From Candidatus Latescibacterota bacterium (GTDB lineage Bacteria > Latescibacterota > UBA2968 > UBA8231), in the NCBI GenBank assembly GCA_965248265.1, contig CBDFJF010000001.1:160001-224000 (forward strand): a stretch of DNA of 64,000 nucleotides. The letters are read 5' to 3'. Positions 50,630-60,506 of the stretch are shown one piece after another (within the stretch, counting starts at the first letter, position 1; the number at the start of each line of letters is the position of its first letter). Position numbers and translations under genes: made by a program. Below the pieces are notes generated by a model. That model searched no databases. It worked only from the letters and a program-made list of their open reading frames with translations, and was not told the origin of the DNA.

Positions 50630-51595
50630 CTACTGGCCAAGGATCTCTGCGTAACGACTCAGCGTTAGATTGCCCCCACTCAGAACACCGACAACCTTTT
50701 TCCCGCACAGTCTTTCCTTCCCCAGCTCGAACGCCGCCGCCAGCGACACCGCACCAGCGCCTTCGGCGACCAGGCGGGCACTCTGGGCCAGCCGCCGCAC
50801 GGCCACGTCGATGGCATCGTCGCCGACCAGGACGAACTCATCCAGCAGCTCCCACATCATCGTCATCGTCATCTCGAAGGGCACCCGTGTTGCCAGGCCT
50901 TCACTGGTGGTGTCCGCATCAGCCTCGACGTCGAGCCGACGCTCCTTCCAGGCCATCCAGGCACCGGGTGCCTGTTTCGACTGTGCGCCGATTACGGTTA
51001 CATCCGGGTGCGTTTCTTTGACCGCCAGACACAAACCGCTCACACCGCTCCCCCCTCCCACCGGGCCGATGATGATGTCGACGTCCGGCAGTTGCTCGAG
51101 AATCTCCAGTCCCATCGTGCCCACACCCGCGATCAGGCGAGGCTCGTTTGCCGAGTGTACGTAGCGCCTGCCCTCGGCACGGGCCACGCGCTCGACCTCT
51201 ACCCGCGCCTCGTCAAAATCACGACCGTACAGTCTGACATCCGCGCCCAATTCCCGCATCGCCGCCAGCTTGCGTTCGTTGACGCGCTCAGCCGGAGCAT
51301 AGATGATGACGGGCACACCGAAGAGCCCGCCAGCCATGGCCATCGATTGGCCGTGATTGCCGGTGCTGGCACTGATTACACCTGCTGCCTTTTCCTCATC
51401 GCTGAGACGACCAATGAGGTTGACACCGCCCCGGACCTTGAAGGCGCCGATCGGTTGCAGGTTCTCGCACTTGATGTAATAGTCGCAACCCAAAGCGTGC
51501 GAGAGCGACTCACTCTTTATTAGAGGAGTTGGTGGTAGGTAAGGTGTGATCAGCTCGCGCGCCGAAACCACATCTGCGTAGGTAGGTCGACTCAT
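50630..51595 (-). CDS. PLP-dependent threonine/serine dehydratase family protein
   Basis: KCENLQPIGAFKVRG, STGNHGQ, PVGGGSG, SGGN. Confidence 0.92.
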   Translation of the reverse strand: MSRPTYADVVSARELITPYLPPTPLIKSESLSHALGCDYYIKCENLQPIGAFKVRGGVNLIGRLSDEEKAAGVISASTGNHGQSMAMAGGLFGVPVIIYAPAERVNERKLAAMRELGADVRLYGRDFDEARVEVERVARAEGRRYVHSANEPRLIAGVGTMGLEILEQLPDVDIIIGPVGGGSGVSGLCLAVKETHPDVTVIGAQSKQAPGAWMAWKERRLDVEADADTTSEGLATRVPFEMTMTMMWELLDEFVLVGDDAIDVAVRRLAQSARLVAEGAGAVSLAAAFELGKERLCGKKVVGVLSGGNLTLSRYAEILGQ

Positions 51596-52332
51596 CTGGA
51601 TCCCGCTCGGATGCGCTCTATAGCTGTGCTCAGGACAGCGGCGTTGTCGCAACGCTCCACAATCGATAACAATTCGGCTTCCGCTGTCTCCGCTATGGCT
51701 TCAACCTCGGCCACCAGTACGGGCAGAGCCCGGGTTACGTTGTCGACGATCGTGATCGTGGCCTGCTGCGCCGTCCGCGACAGCGGGTTGAGGTCGACGG
51801 TGATGACTTCCTTGCCTGCCTTCACCAGCGCTCCGCAGCGATCGCCGTCTTCCAACGGGACGAACACCACGTCGGCGATCGCCAGACCGTCGGGGTGCAC
51901 GAAGCGGCGGTTGGAGTCGATGTCGTCGAGGACCACTTGCGGGTCGGGAAGCAGAACGACCTCGGCTCCCGCCTGCTTCAAATGCTCGGCAATGGCGCGC
52001 TCGCGTTCCTCTGAGGCATGGAAAATATTGACCTCAATCGGGGCCGGCACGATCCGGCTCAACTGCACGATGTCATCCGGCACCAATGCGGCCGTGTTGC
52101 CGTTTATTGATAGAACTGGGTGCTTTGCCGTAAGCAATCGTGCGGCGGCAGCGCGGATGGCCTGGCTGGCAAAGGCATGCGTCTGTTCTCCCAACAGGTA
52201 GTCGAAGGCTTCACCGCGCCCGTGTGCGATGAGCCCATGCGGTGAAGTGATGCCGCTTTCCACACCATTGACCATGGCGTCACGCAGGCGCAGCGAGGTA
52301 TAGCGCGGGTGGCTTGTTGGTACGTCTGTCAC
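51592..52332 (-). CDS. pps: Archaeal-type 4-phosphopantoate--beta-alanine ligase (phosphopantothenate synthetase)
   Basis: SHPRYTSL, GLIAHGRGEAFDYLLGE, SINGNTAAL, VPLEDGDR, DLNPLSRTA, DNVTRA. Confidence 0.93.
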   Translation of the reverse strand: MTDVPTSHPRYTSLRLRDAMVNGVESGITSPHGLIAHGRGEAFDYLLGEQTHAFASQAIRAAAARLLTAKHPVLSINGNTAALVPDDIVQLSRIVPAPIEVNIFHASEERERAIAEHLKQAGAEVVLLPDPQVVLDDIDSNRRFVHPDGLAIADVVFVPLEDGDRCGALVKAGKEVITVDLNPLSRTAQQATITIVDNVTRALPVLVAEVEAIAETAEAELLSIVERCDNAAVLSTAIERIRAGSR

Positions 52333-53177
52333 AGCAACCCACCCCGTCGCCTGGCCAGAGCTGTCTCCTGGCAGCCCTCGAATCGGCTGGTGCTGAAAAC
52401 GGCATTGCCCAGCATGATCATGGACGCCTCTCCCCCAGTTGATTCGATATTCTCGATGAGTCCACGCACTCGATCATCTCGCAGGAGTCCACTGCCTTCG
52501 GCGAACTGCCGGCACACCCGGATGCACTCGTTCATCTCGACGCGCTCCCTCACGCTCAATTCTCCGAGCGCTGTCAGTGCCACGTCCGCGGCGGCATTGA
52601 TGCGAGCCGCCTGCTCCGTGTCGGAGAGCACGTCGCGAGTTCGAATCGGACCGAAGTAACGGTAGAAAATCGCTTTCCCCTCCTCTATCGGCATCGGTCG
52701 GGCGGCGAGTGGTTGACCCGGAGTCAGCTTGACCAGGCAACCGCCATGATACTGCGCACACACATCCCCGAGTCCGGTGAGATTCTCCACTTCGGCGACA
52801 TGCGCCATCATGGCGAGATCCTCTTCCCCATAACCCAGGTCGAGCAACGCGTTGAGCGCGTAGGCACAGGCCAGTGCCGAAGCCCCGCTGAGGCCGAAAC
52901 CGGAACTCAGCGGCAGAGCAGACTCTATCCGGACCGCAACAGGCAGCGGCGTCAGTTTCTCTATCAGGTTGTTTACGGTCGGGAACTCTATGATCTCTCC
53001 GTTGAAGTAAACGCTCGAATCACTGCCGCTATCCTCCTGGCTGGCGACCTCGACTTCAACCCCGTCGCGAACGGTGAATCCCAGACCCAGAGAATGCATC
53101 TGAGCGGGAGACTTATGCGGGATGATCTTGAACACCCCGGACATGTTCCCCGGCGCGAAGGCAGCTACCGTCTTCAT
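52329..53177 (-). CDS. pok: Archaeal-type pantoate kinase (GHMP family)
   Basis: AFAPGNMSGVF, SLGLG, PLSSGFGLSGA, AHVAEVENLTGLGDV, MIMLGNAVF; stop overlaps the pps start. Confidence 0.9.
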   Translation of the reverse strand: MKTVAAFAPGNMSGVFKIIPHKSPAQMHSLGLGFTVRDGVEVEVASQEDSGSDSSVYFNGEIIEFPTVNNLIEKLTPLPVAVRIESALPLSSGFGLSGASALACAYALNALLDLGYGEEDLAMMAHVAEVENLTGLGDVCAQYHGGCLVKLTPGQPLAARPMPIEEGKAIFYRYFGPIRTRDVLSDTEQAARINAAADVALTALGELSVRERVEMNECIRVCRQFAEGSGLLRDDRVRGLIENIESTGGEASMIMLGNAVFSTSRFEGCQETALARRRGGLL

Positions 53178-53273
53178 CGAATGAACCAGGCCTGATACGA
53201 GAAACAGGGGTAATGAAAAATGGCGTAATGAACAATGGGACAATCAGCGATAAGGTAGGTAGGACACGACGCC

Positions 53274-53870
53274 TTACCCACGTCCAGCGACAATCTGCTC
53301 ATGCCGGTAGCAATCGATGGTGTGGTCGTTGACGATGCCCGTCGCCTGCATCAGGGCATAGCAGATCGTCGGGCCCACGAAGGTGAAGTCTCTTTTCTTC
53401 AAATCTTTGCTGATGGTCTCCGCCAGCGGCGTCAGAGCGGGAACATCGCTCATCCCACGCCACCTGTTCTGAATTGGCGTTCCATCCACGAAAGCCCAGA
53501 AATAGGCATCGAAGCTGCCGAATTCCCGCTGCACCTCCAGAAAAGCCCTGGCATTCCTGACCGTACCTTGGACCTTGAGCCGGTTGCGGATGATGCCCTC
53601 GTCTTTGAGCAAGCGAGCAATCTTGCGCTTGTCATACCGGGCAACCTTGCTCGCATCGAAGCCATCCAACAGCCGCCGATAGTTCTCTCGCTTCTTGAGA
53701 ACCGTCGACCAGCTCAGTCCCGCCTGCGCTCCTTCCAACACGATAAACTCGAACCACACAGTGTCGTCATGTACAGGTACGCCCCACTCATCATCGTGGT
53801 AAGCCACGTACTGATCGTCCGTCCCCTTTGCCCATTCGCAGCGAACGAGTTCCCGCTGGCCCCGTGCCAT
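53274..53870 (-). CDS. tag: DNA-3-methyladenine glycosylase I
   Basis: YHDDEWG, LEGAQAGLSW, IIRNRLK, FVGPTICYA, NDH..C. Confidence 0.96.
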   Translation of the reverse strand: MARGQRELVRCEWAKGTDDQYVAYHDDEWGVPVHDDTVWFEFIVLEGAQAGLSWSTVLKKRENYRRLLDGFDASKVARYDKRKIARLLKDEGIIRNRLKVQGTVRNARAFLEVQREFGSFDAYFWAFVDGTPIQNRWRGMSDVPALTPLAETISKDLKKRDFTFVGPTICYALMQATGIVNDHTIDCYRHEQIVAGRG

Positions 53871-53907
53871 CAGCGGTGTTCCTCGAGAGCCATCAGCGGT
53901 GTTCCTC
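53866..53907. repeat. 19-bp repeat at a 23-bp period creating the mini-ORF MALEEHR
   Basis: GCCATCAGCGGTGTTCCTC at 53866 and 53889. Confidence 0.85.
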
Positions 53908-54408
53908 CAGATGTCGTCTCAAATCGAATAGATAGGCTTCGAGCGTGGCCGTGTGCCCGATGAAGACGGCGGCGACGAAGCGAAATATTGGATCGTAGAC
54001 CTCGCCCTCTTCCACGATGCGGATGTAGGTGCCCGGGCCGTCATCGTCGAGTTCGAAGGTCCAGGTGCCGGCAAACGGCAAATCATCTTGAGCGATCCTG
54101 GTGACCAACCGGCGCGGTGGGTCGACCTCGACAGTCGCCAGCGTCAATGAGTCTCCCCAGGCATCAACCTCGACCCAGGTGGTGACACTGTCCCCTTTTG
54201 ACGAGCGGACGACGACGGCGGCTACATCACTGCGCCATCGAGAGTGTTGCGGCCAATCCGTGATCGTCTGCCACACTCGCTCCCTCGTGGCAGGTAGTTC
54301 CCCGCGCACGGCTGCGACGTGGGCAACCGGCAGTATCGATCCGACGACGTAGGCGATGGCAATCAGGATCAGCAGTGCGCTGCCGAGCGTGAGGGTTACG
54401 ACCTTCAT
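53893..54408 (-). CDS. SRPBCC/polyketide cyclase family protein with N-terminal TM
   Basis: VWQTITD...WR.DV, LPFAGTWTFEL, EEGEVYDPIFRF. Confidence 0.82.
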   Translation of the reverse strand: MKVVTLTLGSALLILIAIAYVVGSILPVAHVAAVRGELPATRERVWQTITDWPQHSRWRSDVAAVVVRSSKGDSVTTWVEVDAWGDSLTLATVEVDPPRRLVTRIAQDDLPFAGTWTFELDDDGPGTYIRIVEEGEVYDPIFRFVAAVFIGHTATLEAYLFDLRRHLEEHR

Positions 54409-54435
54409 CACCTGCCTGCCAGTCATGCAAGACCC

Positions 54436-54888
54436 TCAAGCTCCAATCGCGTTGGCCAACCTCGACAGAGAACTCTCCCAGCGCTCCTCCATTTCAGCGG
54501 CGCCTGCCGGGTCCGTGAAGCCGGTATGTGACAGTTCGATTTCCGTCAACGAGCCGCGATCGTGAAACTCGACGCTGACCGTCGTCTCCTTCTCACTGGG
54601 CGGCTTGACACCCTCCCAGCGGTCCGTCAAGACTATTTTGAACCGCCAGGTCATGACCAGCCGCAACGGCCCGTCCACCTCGGTGAAACTGCCGTCCGCC
54701 CAAAAATGGCGCCCCGCTGTCGTCGCGTGGTAGCGGACGACTCCGTTCAAAGTGAGATCCATGTCGATCCGCGTGTTAGTGGAATCGGGCGGCGGCCACC
54801 ATTTGACGATCTCATCCGGATCCGTCCATGCCCGAAACACTCGATAGCGAGGAGCAGAGATCAGTTGTTTCAGAGTTACGTCCGTCAC
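54436..54888 (-). CDS. SRPBCC/AHSA1 domain protein
   Basis: APRYRVFRAWTDP..KWW, T.V.VEF, LSHTGF. Confidence 0.85.
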   Translation of the reverse strand: MTDVTLKQLISAPRYRVFRAWTDPDEIVKWWPPPDSTNTRIDMDLTLNGVVRYHATTAGRHFWADGSFTEVDGPLRLVMTWRFKIVLTDRWEGVKPPSEKETTVSVEFHDRGSLTEIELSHTGFTDPAGAAEMEERWESSLSRLANAIGA

Positions 54889-55913
54889 TGCGCACTATCC
54901 CCCAGATCGCCGCCGCAGGCTCGGATCAGCGTTTCCTGGGTCAGCAGATCGTGCTCGGGAGAGTAGATTGGCTCGCGTTCGCCGCGGATGATCTGGATGA
55001 ATTCCTCGTGATCGCCGACATACCGCGGCCTATCGGTTACCTCGATCGACTGCCAACCGGTACAGTAGCCAGCCTTGGGTAAGCGCAGACTCATCTCCAA
55101 CTTGGGAGGCTCGATCGGTTCGAGGATGACACTGCCATCTTCCCCATGGACCTCGACCCGACGATGAGGTCCCGCGTCGCACTCCATCGAGGTGGTCTCG
55201 ATGACGGCCATGGCCCCATGGTCGTCGAACTCCAGCATGACCGAGGCGTTGTCGACTCCCGGAGCTATGTCTTTGAAACCCTTCGCGTCGGAGCGCAGAA
55301 ACGAGGTAATCTTGTCAGCCCGGCCAAACATGGTGACGGCCTGATCGAAGAGGTGACAGGCCTCCTCCTGCATGATACCGCCTGGATAGCGATCCACGTG
55401 GTTGCGGTGGAAGTACTCCGGGGTGCTGCCGGCCCGGAAGCGCGCGAAGAACACCCGTCCGAGCAACCCCTCCTTCACCTTTTCCTGGATGAATTGCAGG
55501 CCCGGATTGAAGCGCCACTGATAACCCATCTGCACGCACAACCCGCGCTTGGCGGCCAGATCCAGCAGGGATTGCAGCTCCGGCAATGAGGTTCCCGGCG
55601 GCTTGTCCAAGTGGACATGCTTGCCGGCTTCCAGCGCGAGCCGTGCCCACTCCACGCACTCCCACGGCCAGGTCTCGATGTAAACGGCGGCGATGTCGTC
55701 ATCGGACAGAATCTCATCGACGGACTGGAACCAGTGAACGTCGGCATACTCCTCACGGCCGCGACGAGCATCCCACATCTCACGTTCGGGCTCAAAAATG
55801 CCGCAGAGCTCGACCTTCAATCGCGGCCACAACTCACGAGCCGCTTTGTCTACCGTCTTCGTCGCGTGCGTGTGCGCGATGCCGATCTGCCCCAGCCGCA
55901 CAGAATCACTCAC
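54885..55913 (-). CDS. Gfo/Idh/MocA family oxidoreductase
   Basis: ALEAGKHVHLDKP, MGYQWRFNP. Confidence 0.88.
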   Translation of the reverse strand: MSDSVRLGQIGIAHTHATKTVDKAARELWPRLKVELCGIFEPEREMWDARRGREEYADVHWFQSVDEILSDDDIAAVYIETWPWECVEWARLALEAGKHVHLDKPPGTSLPELQSLLDLAAKRGLCVQMGYQWRFNPGLQFIQEKVKEGLLGRVFFARFRAGSTPEYFHRNHVDRYPGGIMQEEACHLFDQAVTMFGRADKITSFLRSDAKGFKDIAPGVDNASVMLEFDDHGAMAVIETTSMECDAGPHRRVEVHGEDGSVILEPIEPPKLEMSLRLPKAGYCTGWQSIEVTDRPRYVGDHEEFIQIIRGEREPIYSPEHDLLTQETLIRACGGDLGDSAQ

Positions 55914-55929
55914 AATGCTTGGCTGCCTT

Positions 55930-56676
55930 CTACTTGCGTGCCTTCTTCAGAAAGTCGGCTGCCCCATCCGACAGCCATCCTTGCGCCGGGGTCATCAGGA
56001 AGCGGATGCCCTGGTCAACCAGCGCCTCCGCCGTGTTGTTCCAGGCCAGCGCCCCGGCGGTGCGCCCTGAATCCACGATCTTGCGCAACGCTTTCTCCAG
56101 GACTTCGACCGCCTCGGGATGATTCGTTTTACCCGTGTGCCCCATGGAACTGGCCAGATCCGATGGGGCCACGAAGAACACGTCGATGTGGTCTACTGTG
56201 AGAATCTCATCCAGGTTTTGCACGGCGACGATGTCTTCGATCAGGACGATGAGCAGGGTCTCGTCGTTGGCGACGGTAAAGTAGTCCTCGACGCCGAAAC
56301 CCTGACGGCCACCGAACATGCCGCGCTTGCCGATAGGCCCGAACTTACCCCCCTCAACCACGTTGGCTGCTTCTTCTTTGGTGTTGACGTGCGGTACCAC
56401 GATCCCCTGCGCGCCAAGGTCCATCGTGCGGTAGATGAGATTCTGATCATTGCGGTTGACCCGCACGATGGAGGTCATGCCCCAGATGTCGCATGCACGC
56501 GTTAGGTTGCCGATTTCTGATGGTTCGGCGGCACCGTGTTCGCCCTCGATCCATATACCGTCGAAATCGTTGGGGCCGAAGCCTTCAACATCGTTTGCGT
56601 CCGTGATACCTGTGACAGTGCAGGTTACTTCCCCCGCATCCAGTTTTCGTTTTACTCGATTCGGTCTGATCTGCAT
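55930..56676 (-). CDS. HpcH/HpaI class II aldolase family protein
   Basis: IEGEHG, DLGAQGIVVPHV, LIED, FVAPSDLASSMG. Confidence 0.9.
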   Translation of the reverse strand: MQIRPNRVKRKLDAGEVTCTVTGITDANDVEGFGPNDFDGIWIEGEHGAAEPSEIGNLTRACDIWGMTSIVRVNRNDQNLIYRTMDLGAQGIVVPHVNTKEEAANVVEGGKFGPIGKRGMFGGRQGFGVEDYFTVANDETLLIVLIEDIVAVQNLDEILTVDHIDVFFVAPSDLASSMGHTGKTNHPEAVEVLEKALRKIVDSGRTAGALAWNNTAEALVDQGIRFLMTPAQGWLSDGAADFLKKARK

Positions 56677-56725
56677 TCGAATGTCCGTCCCGTGTTTGTA
56701 TGATTGTTGCCTATTTCAATGGATA

Positions 56726-57655
56726 CTAACCGTTGAGCAATTCAACCTGAGCGGCGAGAACCTCTTCTACTGACACCTCGCCGTCTCCCTTCTTTACGCT
56801 GCACTTCGTCCCCAGAAAGCTGCTCTGCGAGGATGCCGTCAGCGCTGCGGCGCATTGGCGCGCATCATCGAGCGTGAAACCACTTTCCGGATCGAGATGA
56901 GAATTGTGCGAATCCATGAATCCGTCGGGTGATGCGCCGGCGCCTGACAGAATCACGCCGCACAGCCGCGTGCCGGAACCGAGCACCTTGTCGATGACAT
57001 CGAGCGGGCGATCTCCATTGATGAGCATCCGCCCCCAGTTGAGCATCAACGACACTGGAGTGTCGCCGTCAAGCTCTCCATTGACGGCCGCCAGGACCTG
57101 GATTATGGCATCCACATCCAGTGCAGCCTTCTTGGCCGCCGGAAACGGGATCGCGTGATCGGCCGGCAGGCTGTCTGCCACCTCGAGGGTGAGCTCGCCT
57201 TCTGGTAATGCCGTCTGTGCCACCTGCACCAGTTCACTCAAACTGCGGTGCAGGGCTATACAATGTTCGATGGACCCTCCGGTCCGCTGTCCGGTATGGA
57301 CCGCCAGGGCTCGAACGCCGACTCCTTTCGCAGATAAATCGAAGTACTGCTGTAGAACGGAGTGAGTGTCCAGTAAGGCATGACGCCGGGCGCCTTCGAC
57401 GCTCGATGACAGCCCGTACGCCGGATTGGCCTGCCCCTTCCCCGCCCAATTCGCCACCATCGTGCCGACGATGGAGGCGCCGACCTCGCTGAATACCTCT
57501 ACCAGTTCCGGCAGGAGGGCTTGTCCTGGGAGAATCGGAACCTCGAAAGTCTTGATATTCCATTCGGTAACGGCTTGGCGGTACCACGCCGCCTGTTCCG
57601 ACCCAGACAGAGAGCCGACTGCAGCATATGCGCCCAGTACCTTTTGGGAAATCAT
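56726..57655 (-). CDS. Conserved hypothetical TIM-barrel protein (DUF4862-like)
   Basis: GAYA, YGLSS, NWGR, SGA, DSH motifs, recalled from that family. Confidence 0.6.
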   Translation of the reverse strand: MISQKVLGAYAAVGSLSGSEQAAWYRQAVTEWNIKTFEVPILPGQALLPELVEVFSEVGASIVGTMVANWAGKGQANPAYGLSSSVEGARRHALLDTHSVLQQYFDLSAKGVGVRALAVHTGQRTGGSIEHCIALHRSLSELVQVAQTALPEGELTLEVADSLPADHAIPFPAAKKAALDVDAIIQVLAAVNGELDGDTPVSLMLNWGRMLINGDRPLDVIDKVLGSGTRLCGVILSGAGASPDGFMDSHNSHLDPESGFTLDDARQCAAALTASSQSSFLGTKCSVKKGDGEVSVEEVLAAQVELLNG

Positions 57656-57879
57656 TCCTCGCCTCCATCATCGCGTGTTGCTGATCTGTGTTGGTGCCCA
57701 AACACCCGAAATTCGATGCCCGAATGGGCGGAATGACAAAACGGGTTTCCATCTCCTCAGTCAAGGGTGTAGGCCAGGTTTAAGGCGATGAGTGGGCATG
57801 CAACTGTTGACCCGTCGTGTCGTAGACACGTCTTTTGGTTTTCAATTATAGGAGTACGGCAAGAGGAGGACGTCAAGGA

Positions 57880-58785
57880 ATGAAGAGTTTTAAAGGAGTG
57901 GTTGCGGCACCCGTGTCTCCGATGACGGCAGCCGGCGATTTTGACGAAGCCGCGTTCGCCCGCGTGCTGGAGTTCAACCTGCAGGCCGGCATCCACGGTT
58001 TCTGGTTGGCTGGCGGATCGGGTGAAAGCATCATGTTGGATGACGACGAAAACAAACGATTGGCGACCGTGGCCGCTGAGGTGGTTGGTGATCGTGGGGT
58101 GAACATAATGCATGTCGGCTCACCGACGACCCGCCGGTCAGCCGTCATGGCCGAGCACGCCGCGTCTGTCGGCGCCGACGCCATCTGCTGCGTCCCTCCG
58201 TTTTTTTACCGGCGCACGGATGAGGAGATCGTCGAACATTACCGGGTCGTGGCGGCCGCTGCCGATCTGCCTCTATTCGCCTACAACCTGCCGAACTTGA
58301 CCGGTGTCGAGATCACCGTCGACCTGATGCGGAAAATCGTTGATGCGGTGCCTCAGTTGAGAGGGTTGAAGCACTCAGCTCCGCATTTCGGCACCATGAT
58401 GGAATTCCTGGCCATGGACCTGGATTGTTTCATCGGCAACTGTGGCCTGCTGTTGCCGGCGCTGGCCGCTGGCGCGGTCGGTTGTGTTGACGGACCTCCG
58501 ACCATGGCTCCGGAGGTATTCGTTGAAGTGTGGGATACATTTAACGACGGCAATCTCGAACACGCCCGGGAAGCTCAGCAACGCGGGATCGTGATCAAGA
58601 ACATTCTCAACGAGTTCGGCCCGGAGCGCTTCCACTCGGTATTGAAGACCGTTGTAGCGGAACGCATCGGCCTCGATAACTCCGATCCGAGACCACCGGC
58701 CCTGCCACTGAGCCCACAGGAGCGCGCCCATGTACTCGCCAAGGCCGCCGCACTCGGCCTGACACCAGTAGCTGTGAACACCTGA
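57880..58785 (+). CDS. DHDPS/N-acetylneuraminate lyase family aldolase
   Basis: GGSGE, PPFFY, YNLP, GLKHS (Schiff-base Lys). Confidence 0.9.
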   Translation: MKSFKGVVAAPVSPMTAAGDFDEAAFARVLEFNLQAGIHGFWLAGGSGESIMLDDDENKRLATVAAEVVGDRGVNIMHVGSPTTRRSAVMAEHAASVGADAICCVPPFFYRRTDEEIVEHYRVVAAAADLPLFAYNLPNLTGVEITVDLMRKIVDAVPQLRGLKHSAPHFGTMMEFLAMDLDCFIGNCGLLLPALAAGAVGCVDGPPTMAPEVFVEVWDTFNDGNLEHAREAQQRGIVIKNILNEFGPERFHSVLKTVVAERIGLDNSDPRPPALPLSPQERAHVLAKAAALGLTPVAVNT

Positions 58786-58820
58786 CTCTCGAATCAACTC
58801 AACCCCCGTCACGCACAGGC

Positions 58821-59843
58821 ATGGACGCGGCTTTCCTGCACGGCATCGGCGATATCCGTATTAGCCAGATTCCGGTGCCGCAGCCACAGGAGGACGAGCT
58901 GCTGTTGAAGGTCCGTGCCGTCGGTATCTGCGGCAGCGACCTGCACTGCTACGTCGACGGCGGCACGGATGGCTCTGACTGGGGTGCCCCCCTTATCCTG
59001 GGTCACGAAATTGCCGCCGAGGTTGTCGGCGGCGGCGGAACCTCGGCCGGCCTTCCCACAGGCTGCCTTGTGGCAGTCGATCCGGGACGCTCCTGCGGCC
59101 ACTGTGAATGGTGCCACCGCGGCCATGCCAATTTGTGCCCTGGTATCCTGTTTTCCGGCTCTCCTCCCGACGTCCATGGCGCGCTGTGTGAGTACATCAC
59201 CGCTCCCTTCACCAACCTCTACTCGGTTCCGGAGGGATTCTCGGACGCCGACACCGCCATCCTGGAGCTGTTGGGGGTAGCCGTGCATACCCTCGATCTG
59301 GCTGCCGTGAAACCAGGCGAGACTGTGCTCGTGTTGGGCACCGGCCCCTTGGGGTTACTACTGGTTCAATTGAGTCGGCACCTGGGCGCCGCCAGCATTT
59401 TCGCCGTTGACCCGCTTGAGTACCGCTGCTCAACGGCCAGCCAATTGGGGGCTGATGAGGTCGCCGTCGCCCATGACGCCGTCGCAGCATGGACCGATGG
59501 CAGAGGAGTCGATGTCGTCCTGGAGGCGACCAACTCCGGCAATGCCATGCAACAAGCTGCGCAGTGTGTTTGTATTGGCGGGCGCCTGATTCTGGCCGGA
59601 ATCCCGGATAGCGATCTGGTCAGCGTTGGCGCCTCGCTGATGCGACGCAAGGGATTGACGCTCAAGGCGGTCAGACGGATGGCGCCGGGTGTCTATCCAC
59701 GGGCCATCGAACTCGTGAGTTCCGGAGCCATCAACCTGCAGCCATTGGCGACCCACTCCTTCTCGCTGCAACAGACAGCAGAGGCCTTTGAGCTTCAGGC
59801 CAATCACCGCGATGGGGTCATCAAGTCCGTCATCGAAATATGA
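58821..59843 (+). CDS. Zinc-binding polyol/alcohol dehydrogenase
   Basis: GICGSDLH, LGHE, CGHCEWC..C, GTGPLG. Confidence 0.92.
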   Translation: MDAAFLHGIGDIRISQIPVPQPQEDELLLKVRAVGICGSDLHCYVDGGTDGSDWGAPLILGHEIAAEVVGGGGTSAGLPTGCLVAVDPGRSCGHCEWCHRGHANLCPGILFSGSPPDVHGALCEYITAPFTNLYSVPEGFSDADTAILELLGVAVHTLDLAAVKPGETVLVLGTGPLGLLLVQLSRHLGAASIFAVDPLEYRCSTASQLGADEVAVAHDAVAAWTDGRGVDVVLEATNSGNAMQQAAQCVCIGGRLILAGIPDSDLVSVGASLMRRKGLTLKAVRRMAPGVYPRAIELVSSGAINLQPLATHSFSLQQTAEAFELQANHRDGVIKSVIEI

Positions 59844-60483
59844 TGCTGCCGCTGGCGCTGTCACGCTGAATCACCAACAGCAGATCGCCCTCCCCGACCC
59901 GGATTTCCACAGGTCCCGCCGTCACCTCGTTGGAGATGCCGGCCCGCTCCGGTCCCAGCGTGTCACCGAATAGCTCCCATTTCAATCCCTCCGTTTCTAT
60001 TCGACTCACCGGCCCCTCTAGCGGGCACAGCGAAAGCTTCTGGCCGGGAGTGGCGTCGAAGCGAATGCCTCCTGGACCCACCAGGCGAATTTCACAGTAA
60101 TCGTCGAGCAGGCGCAGCTCGATCCGATCCGCGAAGGTCTTGAGCTGGCTGAGATTCCACAGGGTGTGGTCGGTTCGCCGCCCGGTGAAGCCGATCAAAT
60201 CAGCCGTAACAACGCCCATGGTGACGGCATGGTGCAACACCTTCTCCATGTCGGTCGCGTTCTGGTCCATGACGGAAATCTGTAGATCGTCGGGTACCGC
60301 GGCTCGAGCTGCGTCACCGAGCGAATCCAGGTCACCGATAACGAGGGCGGGACTGTAGCCGTATTCGGCCGCCGTGTTGGCGCCACCGTCCGCACAGATC
60401 AGCGTGGTCTTTGTATCGGCCATGAGCTCGGCGAACAGCGCCTTCGACGGAGGCTCTCCGTTGCCGACAATCAGGGCGTGCAT
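59830..60483 (-). CDS. thiN: Thiamine pyrophosphokinase
   Basis: ADGGAN, GDLDS, DQNATDMEK, GRRTDH, GLKWEL, ISNE. Confidence 0.92.
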   Translation of the reverse strand: MHALIVGNGEPPSKALFAELMADTKTTLICADGGANTAAEYGYSPALVIGDLDSLGDAARAAVPDDLQISVMDQNATDMEKVLHHAVTMGVVTADLIGFTGRRTDHTLWNLSQLKTFADRIELRLLDDYCEIRLVGPGGIRFDATPGQKLSLCPLEGPVSRIETEGLKWELFGDTLGPERAGISNEVTAGPVEIRVGEGDLLLVIQRDSASGSIIFR

Positions 60484-60506
60484 GCCGTAGCTCTCACCTC
60501 ATTGCC

